From IMG/VR virus record IMGVR_UViG_3300005546_000001, positions 1-64,000 of that record: DNA of 64,000 nucleotides; one strand, 5' to 3'. Position numbers and translations under genes: made by a program. This stretch comes from a virus (taxonomy: Duplodnaviria > Caudoviricetes). This document shows positions 1 to 8,848 of this stretch, piece after piece; the stretch's first letter is position 1; the number at the start of each line of letters is the position of its first letter. The notes below the pieces were generated by a model, which worked only from the letters and a program-made list of their open reading frames with translations, had not been told where the DNA came from and did not search any database.

Positions 1-734
1 GGAGTTGTCGGACTCGCAAGCTCGCTGGCAGGGATCAGCGCAGGCTTCACAGCGTCTTTCTGTGCCTTTGTTGCGCCTTCCGGGAGTCCCGCGATAGCTG
101 CTTGCCATTCCGCGCGGAATTTCGCGAGACGTTTCTCAGCGGCCATGACTTGTTCGGACGTTGCGATGTCCTGGCTGATAGCCAAAGCCAAAGCAGAGCG
201 TTTCGCTGCCACCGTGTGACCCTCACCTGGTTTGAATTCGCCCACTACCTTTGACTGCAAGTTGTGATAGTGAACGGACGCATCCAAAGCCACACATGTC
301 ACGATTGACTGCACAAACGAAGTGCAAGTTGTGAAAGCGTATGCTTGCTCGATCATATCGCCCATGTTCCCGTTGAAACCCCTCAGAGCTCGCTTGTATT
401 CCTTCATGGAGCGAATTCCAAGATCAATCAACGGCTGGGCCAGCCGGACAACTGCGCCGACCAGTTTGTTGCGCTTTGTCTCGCCCGTTTTCGTCGCCGC
501 CGCTTTGTAGACGGTTTTCTTGACATCGGGCGATAGCCAGAATGTTAGTGCGTCGAATCCGTTCTGGGTTTTCTGACTGGCAAACTCGTTGCCGAACAGA
601 GTGAACAGAATCAAAACAATTTTGTCGATTGTCTCAATCCCGATTTGTCGAAGTTGCTCGAAATGATTGACGTTGCTCGCGGGAGTCGCGTCAACCGATA
701 CTGCCGCTTTCGCGGCTGTTGCTCTAGTTGCCAT
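1..734 (-). CDS. hypothetical protein, partial (runs off window start; missing from ORF track)
   Basis: ATG at 734 with GAGG RBS; hand translation MATRATAAKAAVSVDATPASNV... stays open to position 1. Confidence 0.8.
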   Translation of the reverse strand, partial: MATRATAAKAAVSVDATPASNVNHFEQLRQIGIETIDKIVLILFTLFGNEFASQKTQNGFDALTFWLSPDVKKTVYKAAATKTGETKRNKLVGAVVRLAQPLIDLGIRSMKEYKRALRGFNGNMGDMIEQAYAFTTCTSFVQSIVTCVALDASVHYHNLQSKVVGEFKPGEGHTVAAKRSALALAISQDIATSEQVMAAEKRLAKFRAEWQAAIAGLPEGATKAQKDAVKPALIPASELASPTT

Positions 735-802
735 GATTAGTATCCTCGCTTTCAATTCTGAGCGTGCTATCACTAGCGCCGCCGAGCCCTTCCAGGCACT
801 AG

Positions 803-836
803 AAAAGGCGAGTCACCCGTTAGGATAACTCGCCCG
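803..836 (-). terminator. probable intrinsic terminator
   Basis: minus strand GGGCGAGTTATCC-TAAC-GGGTGACTCGCC followed by TTTT. Confidence 0.55.
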
Positions 837-1105
837 ACTAAATTAGTTGTGCAGGTTCGTACCGAACTATTTCAACAAGCTCGCAATGAGCAACACAACG
901 AGAATGATGAGCCATGTCAGTCCGGCTGACCCGCTTGCCGGCCGCGGACGCATTCTCCGCGCCCGTGCCGCCCTGGCGGCCCGTAGTCCTCGCGCTTGAT
1001 TGTACGTCATGAGAAAAACCTCCGTTTCTTACCTTGTCACAACGCGAATCAACGTACCACATGCCAAGCAAATAAGCCTGTATTGATACGTGATCCGATT
1101 GCTAA

Positions 1106-1270
1106 TTAGAACTTCTTTGCGTCCAAACTCGAAACTCTTTCGGTTTGATCCGCATTCTTTGCATTGTACCATGATTCGTTTACTCCACAGTCAACACACA
1201 CTCCGCGTTGAAAGTCGTGTTTGTAATTCCATGTTGGTCCGGTTTTGCTATCTGTTCTGCATTCATGCAT
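1106..1270 (-). CDS. small Cys/His-containing hypothetical protein
   Basis: AAGGAGA RBS before MHECRTD...; H..CVDCG motif. Confidence 0.55.
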   Translation of the reverse strand: MHECRTDSKTGPTWNYKHDFQRGVCVDCGVNESWYNAKNADQTERVSSLDAKKF

Positions 1271-1357
1271 GATTATTCTCCCTTGCGTCCGTAGACGCAC
1301 CTATCCCGCTGCTAGTAAACTACAAGATCGAAACACAGACCTTTACCTAGCAGGTAG

Positions 1358-2332
1358 TTATTCAGAGCCCTTCGGTTGCACATACCGGCCCGTAGCGATA
1401 ACACAGTACGGGCCAGCGATTACATTCCCACGTGATGCTAATATAGGCGATTTTTCAACCCGTTTCGGATGCGATAGTGTTGCGCCCTGATTAAGAGCGT
1501 TAGCTAGTGCATTAAGATTGATACAGAAAGAGTTAAAGTCATTGAATAACTCTGTGTCGGTTATAGACGCTAGAACACGATTAGCATTCTTCTGGCACTC
1601 CAGAACCTTCTGTGAGCTTTTTGAACCCTTTTCTACGTATTCGTGCGTCTTTGGAGGCTTTCTAACGACTTTCTTCGCTTTTGAGCCACGTTTGACGACA
1701 CTCAACTCGTAGTACGCTGCTCCCTTTACCCTACGCTCTCGATCATCCCGCAGTGTTCCGTCGCCAGGTTGATGCCAGTGAGACCGCCTATCCCCTGCAC
1801 GCTTCGCAGCATCAGCGTGGAATACCGCAGCACTGTTGTCCGTGCGCTCTATGCTGTACCCAGCGCATCCACATATAGGATGTCCATGTTCGGTAGGAGT
1901 ACCACACATCGGACACTGGCCGTCTACGCTCACACGTCCTCGATAGTCGCCACGTGCAGGTGGGAGTTGAGTAACCAGCCTATCCGCATTAGCCCAATAG
2001 TGTGTGTGTAGAGAGCGCCCACACACGCACTTAGAAGGCAACAGCACAGCATTATCATACACTTTGCCACATATACAGCGATGCCCCTGCGCACGCTCCA
2101 TGCGCTCAACTTCTCGTGATATGTCACGCTGTACACGCTCTATCACTCGCCCCTTACTCCTGTTGATATGTATGCCAGGAGAGCGGCCCGCTATGTAGGA
2201 CAGCGTGAGCACACCACTATCCCGTACCACGAGTGCGGTGTGTGCTACCCGCACTCTACGCGGTGACTGCACTCTGCGCTGTGATGATAGTTTGGACATG
2301 TGACGCCACCAATGAAGCACGTGTGATACCAA
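1358..2332 (-). CDS. Cys-rich (Zn-ribbon) hypothetical protein, true start uncertain
   Basis: 324-aa ORF with CICG, CVCG, CPMCG...CGC motifs; N-terminus lies in low-complexity DNA. Confidence 0.5.
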   Translation of the reverse strand: MVSHVLHWWRHMSKLSSQRRVQSPRRVRVAHTALVVRDSGVLTLSYIAGRSPGIHINRSKGRVIERVQRDISREVERMERAQGHRCICGKVYDNAVLLPSKCVCGRSLHTHYWANADRLVTQLPPARGDYRGRVSVDGQCPMCGTPTEHGHPICGCAGYSIERTDNSAAVFHADAAKRAGDRRSHWHQPGDGTLRDDRERRVKGAAYYELSVVKRGSKAKKVVRKPPKTHEYVEKGSKSSQKVLECQKNANRVLASITDTELFNDFNSFCINLNALANALNQGATLSHPKRVEKSPILASRGNVIAGPYCVIATGRYVQPKGSE

Positions 2333-2752
2333 GCATACTAATTACTGTGCTATCAACAATAACCTAATGGTATAACTGTTGCTTACTTTCCAATAATCCA
2401 TTTATTCGGATTCGACAATAATCGAATTACCCAATAGAATGTAGTAATAAGGCTACATCCATAATTTCGGTCAAATAACCAAATAATCGTATGCCACAAC
2501 ATGGTACGTGTTTTGCTTGTATCCGCCCCGTGGAGACATGCCACCAAACGTTGATATGATTAGACTTGCAAAAGTGGTACTTTTCATCACAATATCATAT
2601 TTATTCGCTTCTATTCGTATATCGTTTTCGATAGTATGCAATATCTATACCACTACTCTGCACACATATGCAGCATCAATGCATGCAGTGTGCCAAAAGC
2701 GTATTGTTCTATCTAAACGACTTAGTGTTTGATGTATGCACGTAGTGTGCCA
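2316..2752. promoter_or_regulatory. cluster of six sigma54 (-24/-12)-like boxes on both strands
   Basis: TGGYAYN-N4-NTGCW at 2316-2332(-), 2368-2383(+), 2502-2517(+), 2637-2652(-), 2680-2696(-), 2737-2752(-). Confidence 0.6.
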
Positions 2753-2995
2753 CACATAGGTACGAAAATGCTCGAAAACGAGAATCGAGTGTAACTCTAA
2801 TGGATAGAACAGTTATGGTTATGATTTTCGTAGATTTTCGTCGAAGATTCATTCGAAAATGTTGTGGAGATTTTTGCGATTGTGGGGATGGACACTCTCC
2901 CTGAAAGTAAATTCTCTATATTTTCTAGGGTTTTTGAATTTGATAGGTTATTTTAACAGAATTCTAGTTTTCTATAAAAATTTTTCATGCTGTTT

Positions 2996-3202
2996 TTAGA
3001 GGTTTTTGGCTTTTTCTAAATACTTAATTCTACTCTTTTTATTCTTTTCTAGTCTTTTGCGGCGGTTCTCTAATTTTTTACAATTCCCGCAAGTAGCATA
3101 CTTTTTATGTTTAGATATTTGTATTTCCGAAGGGAACCATTTTGGTATTATACCACATAAAGCTTCTTTTGGATATTCTGGATGTTTTATATGTGTCTTC
3201 AT
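2996..3202 (-). CDS. small basic Zn-binding hypothetical protein
   Basis: H...ALCG...TCGNC motif. Confidence 0.6.
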   Translation of the reverse strand: MKTHIKHPEYPKEALCGIIPKWFPSEIQISKHKKYATCGNCKKLENRRKRLEKNKKSRIKYLEKAKNL

Positions 3203-3313
3203 GAAATTATTAACGACTTTACATTATGTGAAGGACATTCAGTACAATACCAATTATCAACCAAATAATTAAGAGAATTATAATTGCAAAAATAAATGCT
3301 CTAAACAAATCAT

Positions 3314-3874
3314 TCATACTCTTAGTTCCTCCCATCTCACGCAGCCTTCCTGAATTTTATTCCGGACTTGTCTTTCCCTTGTACTCAGCGCCGATTGGCC
3401 GGTTTTAACTTCCATAAAAATTACTTCCTCCAAATCTCCGTCTGATAAACCGCTGAAAATCAATAGATCGACCGGGCTTCCTAAGAAACGGCAGTCTTTT
3501 GGATTGTACGGAAAGTCAGCAAAGAAAGGAATTAAATGTTCTGTTATCTTGCCTTTAGTTACCGCCGTGGATCTTGAAATAGCATCAGCTCGAATTCTAG
3601 CTTCTTCCTGCTGTTTCCATTCTACGAGACTTACCTGAGCATTATTCAGCGCCCAAGTCCGCTCCATTTCCCGAACTGTCATTAATTCGTTGTTTTTCCA
3701 TACTTTAAGGGCAGCTTCAAAATCTTCTGGGCTCTTCCAGTCACTGTGTTTCTCTAGTTGAGTTTCTAGCTCTTTTACTCTTAATCTGACTCCAATGTAA
3801 GCTAAAATAAAGCAAACTAGTGCTATAACTAGCAGGAATATAAGAATTGTTAATCCCACGTCAGGAAGCTCCAA
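3314..3874 (-). CDS. Holliday-junction-resolvase-like PD-(D/E)xK nuclease with N-terminal TM helix
   Basis: GKITEHLIPF..FPYNPKDCRFLGSPVDLLIF..GL...FMEVKTG. Confidence 0.8.
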   Translation of the reverse strand: MELPDVGLTILIFLLVIALVCFILAYIGVRLRVKELETQLEKHSDWKSPEDFEAALKVWKNNELMTVREMERTWALNNAQVSLVEWKQQEEARIRADAISRSTAVTKGKITEHLIPFFADFPYNPKDCRFLGSPVDLLIFSGLSDGDLEEVIFMEVKTGQSALSTRERQVRNKIQEGCVRWEELRV

Positions 3875-3972
3875 AACCCAAACCCTATGGCGCCAATGAC
3901 GATCACGATAAATGTAATTATCGAAACCGGGACGACTAAAATAGTAGCGACTATTAATTTAAATGTTCTCAT
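3850..3972 (-). CDS. 40-aa hydrophobic membrane peptide
   Basis: hand translation MRTFKLIVATILVVPVSIITFIVIVIGAIGFGFWSFLTWD; ATGA overlap with upstream gene. Confidence 0.5.
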   Translation of the reverse strand: MRTFKLIVATILVVPVSIITFIVIVIGAIGFGFWSFLTWD

Positions 3973-4190
3973 TCTATTCCTAATACCTTTCTTGCTTTGT
4001 CATAATATGGGTGCCAAAAACAAAGTTCATTAGTTTTCTCATGAATTCCAGATGTAGGAGCACCTTGTCTTTTGCAGGCGCCACATTCATTTAATTCATC
4101 CATTGGCAAAAGCTCTGAAATAATATCCTTCAGTTCCTCAATTTCATTCAGTGCTTTGGTTAGTTGTTCTTCTAGCCATTCTGGAGTCAT
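3969..4190 (-). CDS. hypothetical protein
   Basis: ORF coupled to neighbours. Confidence 0.6.
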   Translation of the reverse strand: MTPEWLEEQLTKALNEIEELKDIISELLPMDELNECGACKRQGAPTSGIHEKTNELCFWHPYYDKARKVLGIE

Positions 4191-5083
4191 TTAAGAAGTC
4201 CCCTATTTCTTCCATTAGCCTGAATCGTCTTCACGGCGATCTCTAGCGCATCCAACCTTGAAGTGATACTCTGCATCGTTTCTTCTGAGAAAACGTCTGT
4301 ACGGGGCTCTTGACGCGATTGCGGGGTATTTGAGCGATGCCCCTTAAATGCTTTTTCAGTTTCCTGCTCGACTAATTTAGTCGATGGGATTGATGTGGAA
4401 GCGCCAAGTTTAATAGCGAAATGGTCTTTTGGCATTTTCGCAATTTCATTTTCTTCCCATTTCTTAACATCTGAAAAAGAATTAAATGAAGATTCAGCAA
4501 CCCCAGCGGACACTGAGGGCTCAAACTGAACCTTAGCCCCACTTGCAGCGGCCAATGGAATATAAAGTTTATTTGTTTCTTGTAAAAGGCCGCCCAACAG
4601 ATATGCGCAATCGTTGCAAACAAACCCATTAAAAAATCCAAGAGTTAAAAATACCCCATCTTTTCCTTGTTTTTTGCATTCTTCACACTGTCTAATATCC
4701 GAGCGATCATCTCGCTTTACTATTCGTATTTTCATATTTTTTCCTAAAATTTTTGGTTTTTTGTCTTTTTTAGATAGATTAACTCTTACATAATCTAAAT
4801 TCGGATGATTCTGCATTATGTAAATCATTGATTTAAAATCATTTTTCCAATAGTTCCATGATGATTTATATACTAAGGATTCACCACTATCATAAATCCA
4901 ATATAATTCTGAAGCGTCCTTTAACAGCCATGTTCCACCATAATATTTGAATCGTAAATTATTGATATTATATAGTTTAATTCTAAAAAATAGTGACCAT
5001 TGATCAATTAAAAAGCCTAAGTTTCCGGTGTGAGCATAATGAAGCAATTCGTGTAATCGACTTAATATCTTCATATTTTTCAT
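4187..5083 (-). CDS. hypothetical protein with CxxC..CxxC; probably starts at the second Met (5074)
   Basis: 298-aa ORF; first ATG overlaps the -10 box. Confidence 0.6.
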   Translation of the reverse strand: MKNMKILSRLHELLHYAHTGNLGFLIDQWSLFFRIKLYNINNLRFKYYGGTWLLKDASELYWIYDSGESLVYKSSWNYWKNDFKSMIYIMQNHPNLDYVRVNLSKKDKKPKILGKNMKIRIVKRDDRSDIRQCEECKKQGKDGVFLTLGFFNGFVCNDCAYLLGGLLQETNKLYIPLAAASGAKVQFEPSVSAGVAESSFNSFSDVKKWEENEIAKMPKDHFAIKLGASTSIPSTKLVEQETEKAFKGHRSNTPQSRQEPRTDVFSEETMQSITSRLDALEIAVKTIQANGRNRGLLK

Positions 5084-5147
5084 TCTAGCAGAGTTTTATG
5101 GCGCTGTCAAGATAGGACTTGACACATAGCCAAAAAATTGTTAAACT
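5082..5147. promoter_or_regulatory. back-to-back sigma70 promoters
   Basis: minus: TTGACA(5110-5105)-17-TAGAAT(5087-5082); plus: TTGACA(5119-5124)-17-TAAACT(5142-5147). Confidence 0.8.
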
Positions 5148-5203
5148 ACGTTACGGAGATTTTTAGAAAATCTCAAATCTAAGAAAACAAAGGTTTTAAA
5201 TAA

Positions 5204-5677
5204 ATGCAGACTGAATTAGTCGTCGGGAGTAATGAAGAAATAGTCCAGTTTGATTCTAGATGGTTAAAAAATACATACCCGGTATTGATTAGTTTTGATG
5301 GTGATAAATATAAATCCGTTGATGAAGCTTTTTATGCTGCGCAAACTCCAATTAGAAATGAACGGAAATATCTGAAAGAATTAGGATATTGCAATAAACT
5401 AACAATTCGCGGAGATTGGGAAGACGTAAAGATTGAAATTATGGAGCAATTTCTTATTCAGAAGTTTACCAAACCGCGATTCAAACGTTGGTTAATCTTT
5501 ACTAAAGATTTGCCAATAGAATTTAGAAATAAAGAATGTGAACATTTTTGGGGAAAATGTTTTTGTTACACTTGTAAAGGTATTGGAGAAAATTATTTAG
5601 GTGAAATGATTATGAATATTCGATACTCATTTCAAGAAGATATAGAAAACAAAGGAATTGTTGTTTATGCCAAATAA
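5204..5677 (+). CDS. NADAR (YbiA-like) family protein
   Basis: Y.SV..AF.A, RGDWEDVKIEIM, QKF, FWG..C...GENYLG..IM.IR. Confidence 0.8.
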   Translation: MQTELVVGSNEEIVQFDSRWLKNTYPVLISFDGDKYKSVDEAFYAAQTPIRNERKYLKELGYCNKLTIRGDWEDVKIEIMEQFLIQKFTKPRFKRWLIFTKDLPIEFRNKECEHFWGKCFCYTCKGIGENYLGEMIMNIRYSFQEDIENKGIVVYAK

Positions 5678-5948
5678 CCCAATAACAAAAGCACCATTTC
5701 CGCATTGCGACCAGCACGTACTACATGCGCCACAAAAATGTGAATTCTGTGATAAGTATCCAGAACTTCAAGAAGAGCGAACAAAAACAAATACGAATTT
5801 TACTGGAGAACAGGATTTAACCAAAAATCCTTGCCCCGCTGAAAAAGCCAGAAGTTTGAAAGATATTAATAAGTGGTCCGGTAATCGACCCGAGGGATAT
5901 GTACGAACTCTGACGTTTGCTAGAAAGGGCAGTAAGTATGTCCAGTAA
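5667..5948 (+). CDS. Cys/His-rich hypothetical protein
   Basis: FPHCDQHVLHAP..CEFCD. Confidence 0.6.
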   Translation: MPNNPITKAPFPHCDQHVLHAPQKCEFCDKYPELQEERTKTNTNFTGEQDLTKNPCPAEKARSLKDINKWSGNRPEGYVRTLTFARKGSKYVQ

Positions 5949-6696
5949 ACCTGCGCCAAATATAAGTTCTTTAGATCTTTTGCGGTCCCTTTATAACGAA
6001 CTTTCGGCAAATTTTGAATTTCATTATAAGACAATAATCCGAATTTCTTGGCGCGACGGCAGCCCGGATACTGAAGAATTTATTATTCATCGTGATCCAG
6101 AAATTCCAGAATCTAAATTAGACAGAAAAAATTATCGAGGCTGTAAGAATGTAGTGCCTTTGAGAACCTTCCAAGAATTTACATCTGGTTCCTTATATAG
6201 CCCAGTCAGCGCACTCGGTTATCGGAACTTCTCATATGAGTGGGCGCTTGCTTTTGTGATTGATTGTAATCTAGCTCGACAAAAAACTGGAAATATTGAC
6301 GATGCACTCGTTCACTATATTTCTGATGTAGCTGCCGGAGATGCGATTCGCAAACGAAGAATAATCCTTGAAGAGAATTCCACCAAACGGCGCCAATCTA
6401 AACCGAATTCCGAAGATCTCGATGAAAGATATTTACAGAAAATGAAGAATCTTTCCGTTGAAGAAAGAAAAGAAATCAAGGATTTCATAAAAAAGAACAA
6501 GAAAAAACTTGATTCCGATGATAGTTTTCAGCACGAAGAGTACAGACCAAAGATTTTTAGGAACTCCGTAAGTATTTCTGCTGGTCCGGACGACCTTGAC
6601 GATGAAAATTTCTTGAGTTGGTTAGTTGAAAAAGAAAATAATAGTAGAAAAACATCTAAAAAACCTTCATTAGAAACAATTGATGGTGATTTTTAG
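5938..6696 (+). CDS. hypothetical protein
   Basis: long ORF overlapping upstream stop. Confidence 0.65.
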   Translation: MSSKPAPNISSLDLLRSLYNELSANFEFHYKTIIRISWRDGSPDTEEFIIHRDPEIPESKLDRKNYRGCKNVVPLRTFQEFTSGSLYSPVSALGYRNFSYEWALAFVIDCNLARQKTGNIDDALVHYISDVAAGDAIRKRRIILEENSTKRRQSKPNSEDLDERYLQKMKNLSVEERKEIKDFIKKNKKKLDSDDSFQHEEYRPKIFRNSVSISAGPDDLDDENFLSWLVEKENNSRKTSKKPSLETIDGDF

Positions 6697-6785
6697 TTAA
6701 AATTCTGTAATTATATAAAAATAAAAGACTTTTTAGTACAAATCTTGTAAGTTATTGTATTTTTATGTAACTTATTGAATCTTTT

Positions 6786-6800
6786 GGGGCATACTTGAAC
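6786..6800 (+). promoter_or_regulatory. putative phage late promoter motif GGGGCATACTTGAAC (copy 1)
   Basis: identical 15-mer at 37561, variant at 46415; precedes the packaging operon. Confidence 0.55.
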
Positions 6801-6818
6801 ATTAGTTTCAGGAAAATT

Positions 6819-6971
6819 ATGAGAATAGATACCAAGCCGGTTGATACACCCCAAAAAGTAACTACTGATATCAAGCAAGAACTAAAAGAGTTGGCGGCGG
6901 AAAAGAAAAATCCAAAACTGGAAACTTCGTTCAGCGCCCTTCTTGCTAGAAAGTCAGCGCAGGTTTTTTAA
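6819..6971 (+). CDS. 50-aa hypothetical protein
   Basis: AGGA RBS; MRIDTKPVDTPQKV...KSAQVF. Confidence 0.55.
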   Translation: MRIDTKPVDTPQKVTTDIKQELKELAAEKKNPKLETSFSALLARKSAQVF

Positions 6972-6973
6972 CA

Positions 6974-7687
6974 GTGTTCTCCTCCGACGATGGGGCATTC
7001 GCCCAAGAAACTCTGGAGGAGGGTGTTCAAACAGAACTTCCTTCCGACTCTCCTCCAGAGAAACCTAAAAGAAATCGAAAAGCAAAGAGTTTAACAAAAA
7101 CGGAAGGCCGTCCCAGAGTTCTGAGTTTTGCTGAACGAGTCGAGGCTTGGCACGATTATACCCTCGGCGCAAATATTTATGAACTGGCCATTAAATTCTT
7201 AACGCAGCCTAATGAAATTCAAGCTGGAATTGATCTAGTTGCAAAAGAACTTGGCTATCCACATAATCACATCGATCCAGAACTAGAACGATTTAGAATT
7301 GTTGAAGCTTCTGATCGAATGAAGTCGGTGCAGATCCAACTTCTTCAAAAAGCTAATCAAACTTTAAAAGAAATAGAGCAACAGCAATCTCGGCTAAAAG
7401 AAGAACGAGAAGATATACATATTGGTCGAGATACTTCTAAAGATGAATTAAAGCTTCTTGATGCAATAATGAAGGCTGAAGCTGAACTTGAACTCCGCCA
7501 TCAGTCAGAAGTTAAATCAATTGTTTCTTTAATGGCCGAATATCGTGCTACTAATTTAGTCATCGCCGATCTTACAGGAATTAAGCGTACCAAGCCAGTT
7601 CGAAAGCCAAAACAACTCCCAACTGCGGAAGAAGCACTTGAAAATCTCTCGGATGAACAGCTCATAGAACTTACAAAAGTAGGATAA
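6974..7687 (+). CDS. probable terminase small subunit
   Basis: HTH-like N-part, coiled coil, LENLSDEQL tail; position upstream of TerL. Confidence 0.5.
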   Translation: MFSSDDGAFAQETLEEGVQTELPSDSPPEKPKRNRKAKSLTKTEGRPRVLSFAERVEAWHDYTLGANIYELAIKFLTQPNEIQAGIDLVAKELGYPHNHIDPELERFRIVEASDRMKSVQIQLLQKANQTLKEIEQQQSRLKEEREDIHIGRDTSKDELKLLDAIMKAEAELELRHQSEVKSIVSLMAEYRATNLVIADLTGIKRTKPVRKPKQLPTAEEALENLSDEQLIELTKVG

Positions 7688-7692
7688 TTTTT

Positions 7693-7908
7693 ATGGATTC
7701 ACAGTCAGTAAAGATGCCCGGATGGTTGCCGGCATCGGAATTAAAGAATCAGCACTCTATGATTGGAACACTAGCATTTTGGCGTGGATTTAAAAATGAA
7801 CCCCGCAGTTCAAAAAAGTCTGTTCCGCAGAATCTTTCTGCCACGCTTTCTATATTAAAGAATATAAATATAAAAATGCAAGAAATGGTGGATAGTTATG
7901 GCAATTAG
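7693..7908 (+). CDS. hypothetical protein
   Basis: AGGA RBS, in operon. Confidence 0.5.
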   Translation: MDSQSVKMPGWLPASELKNQHSMIGTLAFWRGFKNEPRSSKKSVPQNLSATLSILKNINIKMQEMVDSYGN

Positions 7909-8848
7909 ACCACCAAGCACAAAGCAAAAAGAAGCAAAAGCAGCGCAGGAAAAGAAAGCAATATCCGAAGCCGCAAAGATTGTTCTTGCGCGGCGCGATC
8001 TTGTAGCATTTGCAGAAACAGTTCTTCAGGATGAAAATGGGCAGTTAATTAAAGCGGCACCTATTCATCAAAGTTGGTGGGACCATCTCCAGTATTGCTG
8101 GATGATAAAAAAAGCTAGTCTCAACCTCGCGCCCTACGCACACGGAAAATCAGCTTGGATGGCCCTTGCGCTACCTTTGTGGCTTTTAGGACAGAATCCA
8201 AATTTTAGAATCATGATGGTTTCTTCCGCCGAAGACATCGCAGCTAAGAGATTGCAAAAGATTTCTGAGTATATACAAAGAAGTAAAGAATATCATAAAG
8301 TTTTTCCTTGGGTACAATTTGAGAACTCAAAGCAGAATAATGCCCACGCTTTGAATGTAGTCAGAACTGGCCAGCGCGGTGGAATGACAGGATCTATCGA
8401 CCATTCGATGTCAGCCTACGGTTATACATCTAGTGAAGGCCAAGGCTCACGTTGCGATGTACTGATTTTCGACGACGTTTGTGATGAAAAGAATTCTTGC
8501 ATTAGCCCCGCAACGCGGAAGAATCTTCTTGGACTTGTAACTACACAATGGCTTCCGAGAGCCGCGCGGCCCACTCAGGATGAGCAGCCACTTAAGGCGC
8601 GGGATGGCAAGATAATTTCCAAAAAATCCATTATTTGCGTAATCGGCACCCGGTTTCACGAGGAGGATCTGTACGGCTTCATGATGGACAGCCCTAGTGC
8701 GTATTGTTCAATGATTCAAGGGGTTTCAGATGACTATAGCCATCTTGATTGCACCATCATCGGAGCGCTCAAAAATCCACCCCACCCGGTAATCACGAAA
8801 TGGCGCGAGTATGTGCCGAAGCCGGTTGAACAGCAAGAAGCTGCATAA
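7898..8848 (+). CDS. terL: terminase large subunit, ATPase half
   Basis: Walker A APYAHGKS, Walker B VLIFDD, coupling motif IGTRFHEEDL. Confidence 0.9.
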   Translation: MAIRPPSTKQKEAKAAQEKKAISEAAKIVLARRDLVAFAETVLQDENGQLIKAAPIHQSWWDHLQYCWMIKKASLNLAPYAHGKSAWMALALPLWLLGQNPNFRIMMVSSAEDIAAKRLQKISEYIQRSKEYHKVFPWVQFENSKQNNAHALNVVRTGQRGGMTGSIDHSMSAYGYTSSEGQGSRCDVLIFDDVCDEKNSCISPATRKNLLGLVTTQWLPRAARPTQDEQPLKARDGKIISKKSIICVIGTRFHEEDLYGFMMDSPSAYCSMIQGVSDDYSHLDCTIIGALKNPPHPVITKWREYVPKPVEQQEAA

